From: Candidatus Woesearchaeota archaeon
GTDB taxonomy: Archaea > Nanobdellota > Nanobdellia > Woesearchaeales > JAAOYA01
Direction of reading: 5' to 3'
DNA: 64,000 bases
NCBI GenBank assembly: GCA_018221105.1
Contig: JAAOYA010000010.1
Span: 62,001 to 126,000, forward strand
The notes beneath the pieces are model-generated. The model searched no databases, was not told the DNA's origin, and was given only the letters and a program-made list of their open reading frames with translations. This document shows, one piece after another, positions 40,308 to 49,078 of the stretch; the stretch's first letter is position 1, and every line of letters begins with the position of its first letter. The translations under genes and the position numbers were made by a program.

Positions 40308-42098
40308 ATGATACTTGGCAGGATAGTGGATAAGTTTACTACTACACATTTTAAGTTCTTAGTAGATGGTAGTGCGCACAAGTTTGATTTTTGCCAGGTG
40401 TACCATAAAGATTATGGTTATGTATTGTGCCAGATTATCGAGTTGGAGCGTGATGCACAAAAAACTATTGCTCGTTGTAATATTGTAGGGTTTAAGGATG
40501 ATCAGGACCGCTTAAAGCCTGTTAGGATTCCTTTTGAGCCTGGCAGCGAGGTTTTGACTGCTGAGGACGAGTACATCAATTCTATGATTAGTCCTGCTGA
40601 TGTGTCAAGCAGTGCATTGATTGGTTTTTTAGAAGGTCGCAGTGTAGCAGTAAGTCTTAATTTGAGAACTCTTTTGACTAAGCACTTGGCGGTTTTAGCT
40701 AAGAGTGGTGCTGGCAAAAGCTACACTGTCGGAGTTTTGCTTGAAGAAATTATTGAAAAAAGGGTTCCATTAATTGTTATTGACCCTCATGGTGAGTATT
40801 CAGAGCTTAGAAATCCTACTGATAACGTTGCAGAAAAGGAGCTCTTAGCAAAGTATAAACTGAAACCTAAGGGTTTTTCTGATAGTATTAAAGAGTTTAC
40901 CACTAATAATTTACGATTGTCAAATAAGTTAACACCTCAAGAATTGTTGCATTTGTTGCCCTCTAAAATGAGTCCAAAGCAAGAAGGCTTGATTTACTCT
41001 GTTTTGCATGATGTTAAAATGACTAGTTTAGAAGAGCTTATCATGGCTTTGCAATCAATTGATGATAATACTAAATGGTCAATTGTTAGTGTTGTTGATT
41101 ACTTGCGCAAGACCGGTTTGTTTAGTCAAGCTCCAACAACAGTTAGTGAATTAGTAAAACCTGGACAGTGCACTATAATAAATCTTAAAGGTGTGGAACC
41201 TGAACTTCAAGAAATAATAGTTCACAAATTGCTTAGTGACTTGTTTAATGCTAGAAAGAACAATCAAATACCGCCTTTTTTTGCAGTTGTTGAAGAAGCG
41301 CATAATTACTGTCCAGAGCGTGGTTTTGGCGAGGCTAAAAGCTCTAAAATTATTAGAACTGTTGCTAGTGAAGGTCGAAAGTTCGGAATGGGCTTGTGTA
41401 TTGTTAGTCAACGGCCAGCGCGTGTTGACAAAAGCGTGTTATCACAATGTACTAGTCAGATTATTTTAAAGATTACTAATCCTAATGATTTGAAAGCCAT
41501 CACTTCTAGTGTTGAAGGTGTCACTAGCGACACTGAGGGAGAGTTGACTAGTTTGCCTATTGGCACTGCAATGGTTACTGGAGTTACAGAAATGCCATTG
41601 TTTGTAAATATTAGGCCTAGAAAAACAATGCATGGTGGCAGGGCTGCCGACATACTAGCACAAGATGAGCCTAAGGACTTATTAAAAGAAACGCAAGATT
41701 TTGAAGCTGAAGATATTTTGGCTGTTATAAAGCCTAAAATGACTGCAAAAGATATTGTTTTGATGAGCGAAGAGCCTGTAATTGTTGAGACTTATCTTAT
41801 TCCTTGTTTACTAATAAAATGCAAGACTGACAGAGAATTTAACATTTTAGTTGATATGATAAAGGGCAGTGTGATTAAAAACTTGTCAGGCAATAATAAT
41901 AAATTGCTTGATAGTGTTGATAGTTTGGAGCCAATGGAATTTTATCAAAGTATCGTTTACGCGCAAGTAGATTATAAAAAAAAGTTAGAAGCACACTTGA
42001 CAAAAGAGCAGGTTCTTAAAAAGTTTGAAAAAAAGTGCACTGTACTACATAGCACTGATTGTTTTGTCGTCTACTATAGTGTTAAGAGTAAAGTATAA
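40308..42098 (+). CDS. HerA-like ATPase
   Basis: N-terminal HAS-barrel-like region, HLAVLAKSGAGKS, DPHGEY, EEAH, EGRKFG, SQRP. Confidence 0.9.
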   Translation: MILGRIVDKFTTTHFKFLVDGSAHKFDFCQVYHKDYGYVLCQIIELERDAQKTIARCNIVGFKDDQDRLKPVRIPFEPGSEVLTAEDEYINSMISPADVSSSALIGFLEGRSVAVSLNLRTLLTKHLAVLAKSGAGKSYTVGVLLEEIIEKRVPLIVIDPHGEYSELRNPTDNVAEKELLAKYKLKPKGFSDSIKEFTTNNLRLSNKLTPQELLHLLPSKMSPKQEGLIYSVLHDVKMTSLEELIMALQSIDDNTKWSIVSVVDYLRKTGLFSQAPTTVSELVKPGQCTIINLKGVEPELQEIIVHKLLSDLFNARKNNQIPPFFAVVEEAHNYCPERGFGEAKSSKIIRTVASEGRKFGMGLCIVSQRPARVDKSVLSQCTSQIILKITNPNDLKAITSSVEGVTSDTEGELTSLPIGTAMVTGVTEMPLFVNIRPRKTMHGGRAADILAQDEPKDLLKETQDFEAEDILAVIKPKMTAKDIVLMSEEPVIVETYLIPCLLIKCKTDREFNILVDMIKGSVIKNLSGNNNKLLDSVDSLEPMEFYQSIVYAQVDYKKKLEAHLTKEQVLKKFEKKCTVLHSTDCFVVYYSVKSKV

Positions 42099-42123
42099 AA
42101 ATAGACTCGTTTAAACTAATATC

Positions 42124-42675
42124 ATGGCAATAATTGAAGTTTTTAACAAAGCTTATGATTTTACAGCTTTAGCCCTATTGAAAACTATTACAATAATTCT
42201 TACTGTACTAATCGGTTTTATTATTGGAAGGTTTGCTGGAAAATTATCTTATCACCTTTTTAGAGAGTTAGAAATTGATACTGTCTTGAGTAAAGCCACT
42301 AAAAGAAAGTTCAAATTACAAAAGCGTTTGAGTGCTTTTATAGAATTTTTTGTATATTTTCTCACTATTATTACTGTTTTGAACCAATTGGGAGTTACTA
42401 CTGTGGTATTATATTTTGTTGCAGTGACTATTTTGTTAGTTATTGTTGTCGCATTAATTATGGGTTTTAAGGATTTGTTGCCTAACGCTTTTGCTGGCTA
42501 CACGTTGTATCGCCAAAAATTTTTTGTTGAAGGTGACAGGATAAGAGTCAATGAAGTAGAAGGAAAGGTCATCAGTGTTAGTTTGTTAGAGACAAAGATT
42601 GAGACTAAAAAGGGAGATACTATTTTAGTGCCTAACTCAACTCTTGTTAAACAACAAATTGTAAAGAAAAAATAA
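42124..42675 (+). CDS. MscS-family mechanosensitive channel (short form)
   Basis: 3 TM, KDLLPNAFAG, GDRI, VPNS. Confidence 0.85.
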   Translation: MAIIEVFNKAYDFTALALLKTITIILTVLIGFIIGRFAGKLSYHLFRELEIDTVLSKATKRKFKLQKRLSAFIEFFVYFLTIITVLNQLGVTTVVLYFVAVTILLVIVVALIMGFKDLLPNAFAGYTLYRQKFFVEGDRIRVNEVEGKVISVSLLETKIETKKGDTILVPNSTLVKQQIVKKK

Positions 42676-42942
42676 TCATAGCATTTCTAGCGCGCTTACT
42701 AGATTCCAGATTTGTGTTCTCGTATAAGATTGCATGTTGTTGTCTGTTTCTAATTCTTCTAGGACGCTTAATGCTTTGTTAACGTTTATTGAAAGTTCTT
42801 TTTCTTCTGTTAGAATGCTTTTTAGCGTGATTAGTGCTTGGCGAACGTTTTTTGGTGTTGTGCTCTCAAGTTCTATTTCTTCAATAACTTCAAGTACTGG
42901 CACTAAACGTTCATCTATTGATTGTGTCATTTGATTCCTCAC
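42676..42942 (-). CDS. UPF0147 family protein
   Basis: PKNVR, DNNMQSYTRTQIWNLVSALE. Confidence 0.88.
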   Translation of the reverse strand: MRNQMTQSIDERLVPVLEVIEEIELESTTPKNVRQALITLKSILTEEKELSINVNKALSVLEELETDNNMQSYTRTQIWNLVSALEML

Positions 42943-42946
42943 AGTA

Positions 42947-43276
42947 TCACTTTTTCATACTTTTTAGTATTTCTTTTTGCAGGTTTTCTGCTGTTTCTTT
43001 TAGTTTGCTTTCTTGTTTTTCTACAGTTTTAATACGTAGTTCGAACATGTCTTTTTTTTCTTTAAGTTCAACTTCTAATTTTTTAGTTTCTGATTGTACC
43101 ATTATATTACCAATTATTTTATAAGCGTTTTTCGCGTTTTTCATCTCTTCTAATGCGTTTTGTACTTCTAATAATTGCATTTGAAAGTTTTGTTTTTGCG
43201 CGTGAAATGATTGAAGATTTTGTTCTAGAATTTGTAATTGTGAAATATTAGCTTGTGAGTTTTGTTCTTTTGTCAT
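42947..43276 (-). CDS. pfdB: prefoldin beta subunit
   Basis: AYKIIGNIMV between coiled coils. Confidence 0.92.
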   Translation of the reverse strand: MTKEQNSQANISQLQILEQNLQSFHAQKQNFQMQLLEVQNALEEMKNAKNAYKIIGNIMVQSETKKLEVELKEKKDMFELRIKTVEKQESKLKETAENLQKEILKSMKK

Positions 43277-43478
43277 TTTCTACGATTTTTTTTATTTTGT
43301 CATAAACAATTATTAGGTTTTTTATACCATTTGTGCTGGCTTTTAATGCTGTCGCGTCTTTGGCGTCAATAATTAATTGATTTTTTTCAATGCTTATTTT
43401 TGAGCGAGTACGATCTATTAGTTCTGGCGTTAAGCACTTTACTAATTTTTGATCTTCTAAAATGAAGATTTTTTTCAT
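43248..43478 (-). CDS. pcc1: KEOPS subunit Pcc1
   Basis: L.PE..R..RSKI, IDAKDATALKAS.N; synteny rpoP-pcc1-pfdB. Confidence 0.8.
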   Translation of the reverse strand: MKKIFILEDQKLVKCLTPELIDRTRSKISIEKNQLIIDAKDATALKASTNGIKNLIIVYDKIKKIVENDKRTKLTS

Positions 43479-43612
43479 CTTGCAAGTACTTTTGTAACTC
43501 TTGTTCGTGGTTTGAATAACATTTTAGAGCCACAATAAGGGCACCGAACTTTTTTGCGTAAATAGTCCATGCTGACTTCTTTGTTGCAATGAAAACACTT
43601 GTATACAGCCAT
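43475..43612 (-). CDS. rpoP: RNA polymerase subunit Rpo12/P (45 aa, absent from the ORF track)
   Basis: Manual translation MAVYKCFHCNKEVSMDYLRKKVRCPYCGSKMLFKPRTRVTKVLAR. Confidence 0.93.
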   Translation of the reverse strand: MAVYKCFHCNKEVSMDYLRKKVRCPYCGSKMLFKPRTRVTKVLAR

Positions 43613-43613
43613 T

Positions 43614-43847
43614 TTATTCTTCTTCTTCGCGCGCTATCATTTTTTGTGAAAACGAGTAAGCTTTACCGGCAAATTTATTGTTGCATTTTTGGCATTGCCA
43701 AATACCGGCAGCTAAGCGTTTAACTCCTGCTTTTTTGCAATAAGGGCATTTTTGTTTTTTGTTGCGATAGAATTTTTCTATTTTTTCAACTTTTAATTTG
43801 GTGGTCTTTCCATACCTTACTCCGTATCTGTTTGTTGCTTTGCCCAT
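43614..43847 (-). CDS. rpl37ae: 50S ribosomal protein L37ae
   Basis: RYGVRYG, CPYC, GIWQCQKC, FAGKAY; true start ATG 43847. Confidence 0.95.
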   Translation of the reverse strand: MGKATNRYGVRYGKTTKLKVEKIEKFYRNKKQKCPYCKKAGVKRLAAGIWQCQKCNNKFAGKAYSFSQKMIAREEEE

Positions 43848-43863
43848 TTTTTTTTGATTGGTA

Positions 43864-43974
43864 TGGGGCTGCCCGGATTTTCGACAACACCCCACTTTAG
43901 TGTGATTGTTTGTTTCGAACCGGGGTCGCAAGGTCCCAAACCTTGAAGGATAGACCAAACTACCCTACAGCTCC
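43864..43974 (-). tRNA. tRNA-Pro(UGG) with a 36-nt intron at position 59/60 (43878-43913)
   Basis: Anticodon arm CAAGG-TTTGGGA-CCTTG; T stem CCCGG/CCGGG interrupted by an insert whose removal restores TTCGAAT; TATA about 26 nt upstream. Confidence 0.9.
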
Positions 43975-44040
43975 AATTTTGTTGATGAAAATACCTGTTT
44001 TTATAAAGTTTTCCTTTATGGTCTCGTGCAGGGAGCCTAG

Positions 44041-44055
44041 CAAGGTTTATAAATA
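44041..44055 (+). promoter_or_regulatory. archaeal BRE/TATA promoter for leaderless aRF1 mRNA (representative of many in the window)
   Basis: AAGG-TTTATAAA ending 22 nt before the ATG; same geometry at 13572-13579 and 21575-21582. Confidence 0.7.
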
Positions 44056-44075
44056 CTGTCAAGTTCTGCTCTAAC

Positions 44076-45176
44076 ATGTCAAAAGTCAGTAGTTTGGAGC
44101 GTTCAAAACTCAAAAAGTTTGTCAAAGAGTTGGAAGGTTTTCGTAGAGGCGGGACTGAACTTGTCAGCGTATACGTTCCTCAAGGCTATGATTTGAACGC
44201 TATTATTAATCATTTACTTCAAGAGCAGGGCACTGCTTCAAACATTAAAAGCAAGCACACACAAAAAAATGTTGTTGACGCCTTGGAGCGTATGGTGCAA
44301 CATCTTCGATTGTTCAAAAAAACTCCTGATAATGGACTGGCAGTTTTTAGTGGTAATATTAGTGATAAAGAAGGCCAAAGTGACGTGCAAGTTTACAGTA
44401 TTGAACCTCCAATGCCATTAAAGTTAAGGCTTTACCGTTGTGATAAGAGCTTTCTGTTAGAACCTTTAGAGGATTTGACTGCGATTAAAGAAGTTTATGG
44501 CCTTGTAGTCTTAGATCGTCGCGATGCAGCTTTGGCTTTGCTTAAGGGCAAGGTTATTCAACTGCTTAGAAAAACTCACTCTGAAGTTCCTGGAAAAACA
44601 CGTGCTGGAGGACAAAGTGCTCAACGTTTTGCTCGTTTGCGCGAGGGCGCTGCTAAAGAGCATTATAAAAAGATTGCAGAGCACATGAAAAACGAGTTTT
44701 TGTACCTTGATAATTTGAAAGGTATTATTTTAGGCGGTCCTGGCACTACAACTGGTGATTTTCTAAATAAAGGTTATTTGACTGGTGACATTCAAAAAAA
44801 GATTATTGGCGTCAAAGACTTGTCGTATACTGATGAGTTTGGACTGCAAGAATTATTAGATAAGTCGCAGGATTTGCTGGCTGCTGAAGAAATAGTTGAT
44901 GAGAAAAAAATCATGGCACGATTTTTTGAACACTTAGCAAAAGATACTGGCATGACAGCTTACGGCGAAAAAGATGTTATGGCAAAGCTACAAATGGGAG
45001 CAGTAGACACATTATTGATATCTGAGAGTGCTGATGATAAAATTGTTGAAGAATTAGAAGCCAAAGCAGAAGAATTAAACACAACAGTAAAAATTATTAG
45101 TACAGACACTCGTGAAGGAGTACAACTACGCGACATTGGAAAAATAGCAGCAATATTGAGGTATCGAGTAGAATAG
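44076..45176 (+). CDS. prf1: peptide chain release factor aRF1
   Basis: ASNIKS, YRCD, GGQSAQRF. Confidence 0.97.
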   Translation: MSKVSSLERSKLKKFVKELEGFRRGGTELVSVYVPQGYDLNAIINHLLQEQGTASNIKSKHTQKNVVDALERMVQHLRLFKKTPDNGLAVFSGNISDKEGQSDVQVYSIEPPMPLKLRLYRCDKSFLLEPLEDLTAIKEVYGLVVLDRRDAALALLKGKVIQLLRKTHSEVPGKTRAGGQSAQRFARLREGAAKEHYKKIAEHMKNEFLYLDNLKGIILGGPGTTTGDFLNKGYLTGDIQKKIIGVKDLSYTDEFGLQELLDKSQDLLAAEEIVDEKKIMARFFEHLAKDTGMTAYGEKDVMAKLQMGAVDTLLISESADDKIVEELEAKAEELNTTVKIISTDTREGVQLRDIGKIAAILRYRVE

Positions 45177-45234
45177 AATTACTTGCCACTAGCAATGTCA
45201 GAAATTAGAAATTTCTGAGCATCCCGAAAAGCAA

Positions 45235-46428
45235 TTAATTGCTTTTCATGATTTCTATTACGTCTTTGTGTTTTACTGGGTGATCCTTTCCAATTGGCAG
45301 TTTTGTTTTTACGTCTATTGCTTTTATGAAGTTCTTGCCAAAGTCAGTGTGTACTTTGTACGCGAACTCTAAAGCTGTAGTGTTTGATGGAATTAAAAAT
45401 GCATCTGGCAAGATTTTGCCGTCAGCGTCTTGAAGGTTTGGGGCTGGAACTGGAAACACCACAATGTAGTTTAATAATTCGAATACTGCTTTGTCAAGCA
45501 CGTCTTGCACTCCTGTAGTGTTATAAACCTTTAATATGTTGTTTTTTATGAATTCTAATGCATTTTTTTGCTTGTCGTTGAGCTCTCCAATCACTTCAAA
45601 AGAATTTGTTCCTGGAATATATTTTATTAGCTCGTGTTTTGCTGCTTCTTTTAGTGCAAGTTCTGACTCTGAACTGCAAGGCACTAATAAGTAATCAACA
45701 AATTCTTTTTTTAGTTTTTCATAATTTTCTTTAGCGCCAGCAACGTCTATTTTGTTGCACGCTATTATCATTGGCTTTGTAGCTTTTCGGAATTCTGTTA
45801 CTAACTGTTTTAATTGCTCTTCTGTCCAATTGATTGCTTTTTTGGGGTCTAAGGATAATTTTTTTATTGAATTTTTTACTAGTTCTTCATCAATTTTTAG
45901 TCCACTGAACTGTTTTGCTATGCTTTTTATTATGTCACCGTGTTCTTGTTGTACTTGACGGCTGAATTTGTCCCAAACTTTTTGAAATATTTGAAAGTAC
46001 CACATGTCAAGTTCTACTTCTAAAAATTTTATGTCTTTTGCTGGATCGTGACTTCCTGCGCTTACTGGCTCTCCTTTATCATTAGTTGAGCCACTGACAT
46101 CGATTACGTGTATTAGAACGTCTGCTTGGCGTAAATCGTCTAAGAATTGATTACCCATTCCTTTGCCTTCGTAGGCTCCTGGCACTAGTCCTGCAACGTC
46201 TATGATATCTACTGGTATGAAACGATTGTTTAATGTGCAATGACCGCTTTTTGGACTGCATTGCTTGTCAAAATCTTTACAAACACACTCAATTTTTACA
46301 AATCCTACTCCATTGTTCGGTTTTATTGTGACGAACGGATAATTGGCTATTTGTATGTCTGCAAGTGTTAAAGCTTTGAAAAAAGTGCTTTTTCCAACGT
46401 TTGCCTTTCCTACTACCCCAACTAACAT
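45235..46428 (-). CDS. ychF: Obg-family YchF-like ATPase/GTPase with TGS domain
   Basis: GKANVGKST, NYPFVTI, DVAGLV, NKID, AYKVHTD. Confidence 0.92.
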   Translation of the reverse strand: MLVGVVGKANVGKSTFFKALTLADIQIANYPFVTIKPNNGVGFVKIECVCKDFDKQCSPKSGHCTLNNRFIPVDIIDVAGLVPGAYEGKGMGNQFLDDLRQADVLIHVIDVSGSTNDKGEPVSAGSHDPAKDIKFLEVELDMWYFQIFQKVWDKFSRQVQQEHGDIIKSIAKQFSGLKIDEELVKNSIKKLSLDPKKAINWTEEQLKQLVTEFRKATKPMIIACNKIDVAGAKENYEKLKKEFVDYLLVPCSSESELALKEAAKHELIKYIPGTNSFEVIGELNDKQKNALEFIKNNILKVYNTTGVQDVLDKAVFELLNYIVVFPVPAPNLQDADGKILPDAFLIPSNTTALEFAYKVHTDFGKNFIKAIDVKTKLPIGKDHPVKHKDVIEIMKSN

Positions 46429-46509
46429 ATTGGATTTTTTTGTTTTGTTTAATATAAAATTTGCTGTTTTGACAGATAGTTTTAAAAAGTTTGCAAGTAC
46501 TGTTTTTTC

Positions 46510-47076
46510 ATGGCAAAAGTCTATGAAGAAGAAGTCATGTTTAACGAAGTTTTTAACCTAAAAGATGTTTACAATGTTCTTTATGAGTGGCTTGAAGAAA
46601 AAAATTATCGTGATAGTAAAGGCGATGAGAAAAAAGTTGAAAGGTTGTACTTGGATCGTTACAAAGAAGATGGCAATCGAGAGCTCAGAATACTTTGGAA
46701 AACGTACAAACAACCAGATAATAAAAACTTCATGTACAACATTAATGTTTTCATGCGAGGACTAGCAATAAAAGATGTTGAACTTGTAAAAAATGGCAAG
46801 AAACTTGTAGCGCAAAAAGGCGAGATAACAATGATTTTTCAAGGTAACATGTTTTTTGGTGATGAACTACCAGGTGATGAAGGTGAAGCTTTCAAAAAGA
46901 GCAAGTTATTTGGACAATTCAAAGATGCGCTAACAAAAAGAACCTATAAAAAAACTATTGAAATGCACGAAGACGAAGTAGAAGCTGACATTCACGCTTT
47001 AATTGAAGAAGTCAAGCAGCACTTGCGCTACCCTGACGTGACTCCACGAGCGACTTTTGCGCCTAAAAACCAGTAA
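46510..47076 (+). CDS. hypothetical protein
   Basis: 188-aa ORF with upstream TATA. Confidence 0.65.
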   Translation: MAKVYEEEVMFNEVFNLKDVYNVLYEWLEEKNYRDSKGDEKKVERLYLDRYKEDGNRELRILWKTYKQPDNKNFMYNINVFMRGLAIKDVELVKNGKKLVAQKGEITMIFQGNMFFGDELPGDEGEAFKKSKLFGQFKDALTKRTYKKTIEMHEDEVEADIHALIEEVKQHLRYPDVTPRATFAPKNQ

Positions 47077-47111
47077 AGTTTTTAAATATCCCAAAAATCT
47101 TGTTCTCTTAT

Positions 47112-47184
47112 GCCCCCGTAGCATAGTAGCTATTGCGGCTGACTTGTAATCAGCAGGTCGCGAGTGCAATTCTCGCCGGGGGCT
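47112..47184 (+). tRNA. tRNA-Thr(UGU); probable integration site
   Basis: GCCCCCG/CGGGGGC acceptor stem, GCTGA-CTTGTAA-TCAGC anticodon arm, GCGAG/CTCGC T stem; TTTAAATA promoter at about 47081. Confidence 0.93.
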
Positions 47185-47276
47185 TATCTTACATGGTCTA
47201 GTTCTCCTTTTTTTATTTTTTAGTACCATTGTGGTACTAGAAACATTTAAAGACCTATTTCTTGGAGGACTTCACA

Positions 47277-48452
47277 ATGAAAATTGATATATATAATCTG
47301 AAAGGCTCTCACGAGTCCGCCTTTAGACGATTAAATGAAAGCAAAATTCTAGAAAACAATAAAGAACTAATAACTGAATTTGATAGGCACATTTATCGAC
47401 AAGGATTAAGTATTGCAAGAAGAATAAAGTATTTAGTAATACTAAAAAACTGCGCAGAGATGTTAACAGTTAGTTTTGAGAAAGCAACAAAAAAAGATAT
47501 AGAAAGATTAATTGAGCAAATAGCAGATACTGAAAAGTGGGGCAATGCTACCAAAAGAGATTACAGAATTTTTATTAAGCGTTTCTATAAGTGGCTTTTA
47601 GGGGATGACGAAGAGTATCCAAAGATTGTCAACTGGATAAGAACGGGTCATGGAAAAGAAACAAGTTTTGATATGACAGAGTTGATAAAAGAAGAAGAAC
47701 TCCAAAAACTATTAAACGTGACGAAGAACGCAAGAGATAGAGCTTTCATTCACGTTCTTTTCGAGTCAGGAACTCGCATAGGGGAAATAGGAACACTGAA
47801 AAGAAAAAACATTTATTTCGACGAACGTGGCGGTTTAATCAAAGTAAACGGTAAAACAGGAGAACGGAGCGTGGGATTATTCAAATCGGTGAACGATTTA
47901 TATTTCTGGTATCAACAACACCCTGACAAGAGACCTGAAGCCCCGTTATGGTGTACTTTTAAGAAAGAACACGATAATCTCTCATATACTTTTTTCAGAA
48001 AGATATTGAGAGAGGCATTCGAAGAAGCAGGTATAAAAAAACGTTATAACCCTCACTTGTTTAGGCATAGTAGACTGACTTACTTATCACAGTTTTTTAG
48101 CGACCAACAATTAAAGATTTATGCGGGCTGGTCAAAGAGTAGCACAATGGTTGAGGTCTATAGTCATTTGACCTGTAAGGAAATAAACGAAAAACTTGCA
48201 GAGATTAACGGTGTGAAAATAAAGAACAAAGTTGAAGAGAACGAAAAGCCAATGACTTGCCCAAAATGTTATGCTCCCAATAATAAGAACGCCCAAACTT
48301 GTTATAGTTGTCACATAGTTTTAGATGAAAGGTTAGCCCAAAGCATAAGAGAAGTATCAGAAGGTGATAAATTAGTAGACCAAATTAAATCTAGCCCCGA
48401 AGCGATGAAACTATTAAAGCAGCTATCAGAAGTCTTGAACCAAGAAAAATAG
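47277..48452 (+). CDS. tyrosine recombinase/integrase with C-terminal zinc ribbon
   Basis: ESGTRIGE (R), GKTG (K), HLFRHS (HxxR), GW, VYSH (Y); CPKC..CYSC; GGAGG SD before ATG 47277. Confidence 0.95.
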   Translation: MKIDIYNLKGSHESAFRRLNESKILENNKELITEFDRHIYRQGLSIARRIKYLVILKNCAEMLTVSFEKATKKDIERLIEQIADTEKWGNATKRDYRIFIKRFYKWLLGDDEEYPKIVNWIRTGHGKETSFDMTELIKEEELQKLLNVTKNARDRAFIHVLFESGTRIGEIGTLKRKNIYFDERGGLIKVNGKTGERSVGLFKSVNDLYFWYQQHPDKRPEAPLWCTFKKEHDNLSYTFFRKILREAFEEAGIKKRYNPHLFRHSRLTYLSQFFSDQQLKIYAGWSKSSTMVEVYSHLTCKEINEKLAEINGVKIKNKVEENEKPMTCPKCYAPNNKNAQTCYSCHIVLDERLAQSIREVSEGDKLVDQIKSSPEAMKLLKQLSEVLNQEK

Positions 48453-48455
48453 TGA

Positions 48456-48601
48456 CTATTTCGCTTTCTAAAACCTTCATAATAATATAGTTTCGCAAAG
48501 GCTACCGAAAGCGAAGGAATAATACTTTGCTGGGTAGGCGACTATATATCATGCGTAGAGGAATAGGAGTTTTTCGCTTTCTTTTTAGAAATGCGAAATA
48601 G
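48456..48601. other. structured/inverted-repeat segment between the integrase and a convergent ORF
   Basis: 48456-48473 pairs with 48583-48601 (one bulge), with nested stems; TTTCGCTTTCT direct repeat at 48459 and 48572. Confidence 0.6.
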
Positions 48602-48860
48602 AATGATGGAATTTTTTAACGAGAGCAGGTATTAGCTTAAACTCTCTCAAATCTTCTATTACTCCTTTTTCTTTTCGTGTATTCAAATAATCATTCTTGA
48701 ACAATTGGCGTATTTCATTGTTAGCGTTAAACCCTAATTCTTTCCTTACTTGCATTCTCGTTTTGTATTTGAACATAAGACAGCGAATAATTGCTCTTTC
48801 TTTTTCAGTTAGTTGACTGCGCGGTTTGCCCAATCTTATTTTTCTTCCACGTTTTTGCAT
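48585..48860 (-). CDS. small basic HTH-like protein (possible regulator or recombination directionality factor)
   Basis: MQKRGRKIRLGKPRSQLTEKERAII..TRMQVRKELG; TATA-like tract about 25 nt upstream of ATG 48860. Confidence 0.5.
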   Translation of the reverse strand: MQKRGRKIRLGKPRSQLTEKERAIIRCLMFKYKTRMQVRKELGFNANNEIRQLFKNDYLNTRKEKGVIEDLREFKLIPALVKKFHHSISHF

Positions 48861-49078
48861 AAGTAGAGGATGATTTATGTTTTTATAATATTTTCTATAA
48901 TCAAAAAAAAGAGGCGTTTTTTCCAAAAGTTAAAAGTTTTGGGCTTATATGAGTTCTAGATAAATTTTAATTTAATCAATGATTATAAAATACTAAGGGT
49001 TTTGATTATGTTTTCGTCATCAATAACAGTGAGGTATCACGAATTTAATTATATATTGTGGTAACTTACCAATTGATT

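Noticed and set aside
40308..42098. HerA-NurA repair operon or HerA-based defence system
   Set aside because: No nurA, mre11, rad50 or Sir2 neighbour; treated as a stand-alone HerA-like ATPase
43848..43958. N-terminal extension of L37ae in the ORF track
   Set aside because: It reads through the tRNA-Pro gene; the conserved protein starts at ATG 43847
1104..46765. Numerous short antisense or alternate-frame ORFs overlapping housekeeping genes
   Set aside because: Shadow frames of well-supported genes with no independent evidence
46999..47229. 76-aa minus-strand ORF
   Set aside because: Antisense shadow of tRNA-Thr and the upstream gene
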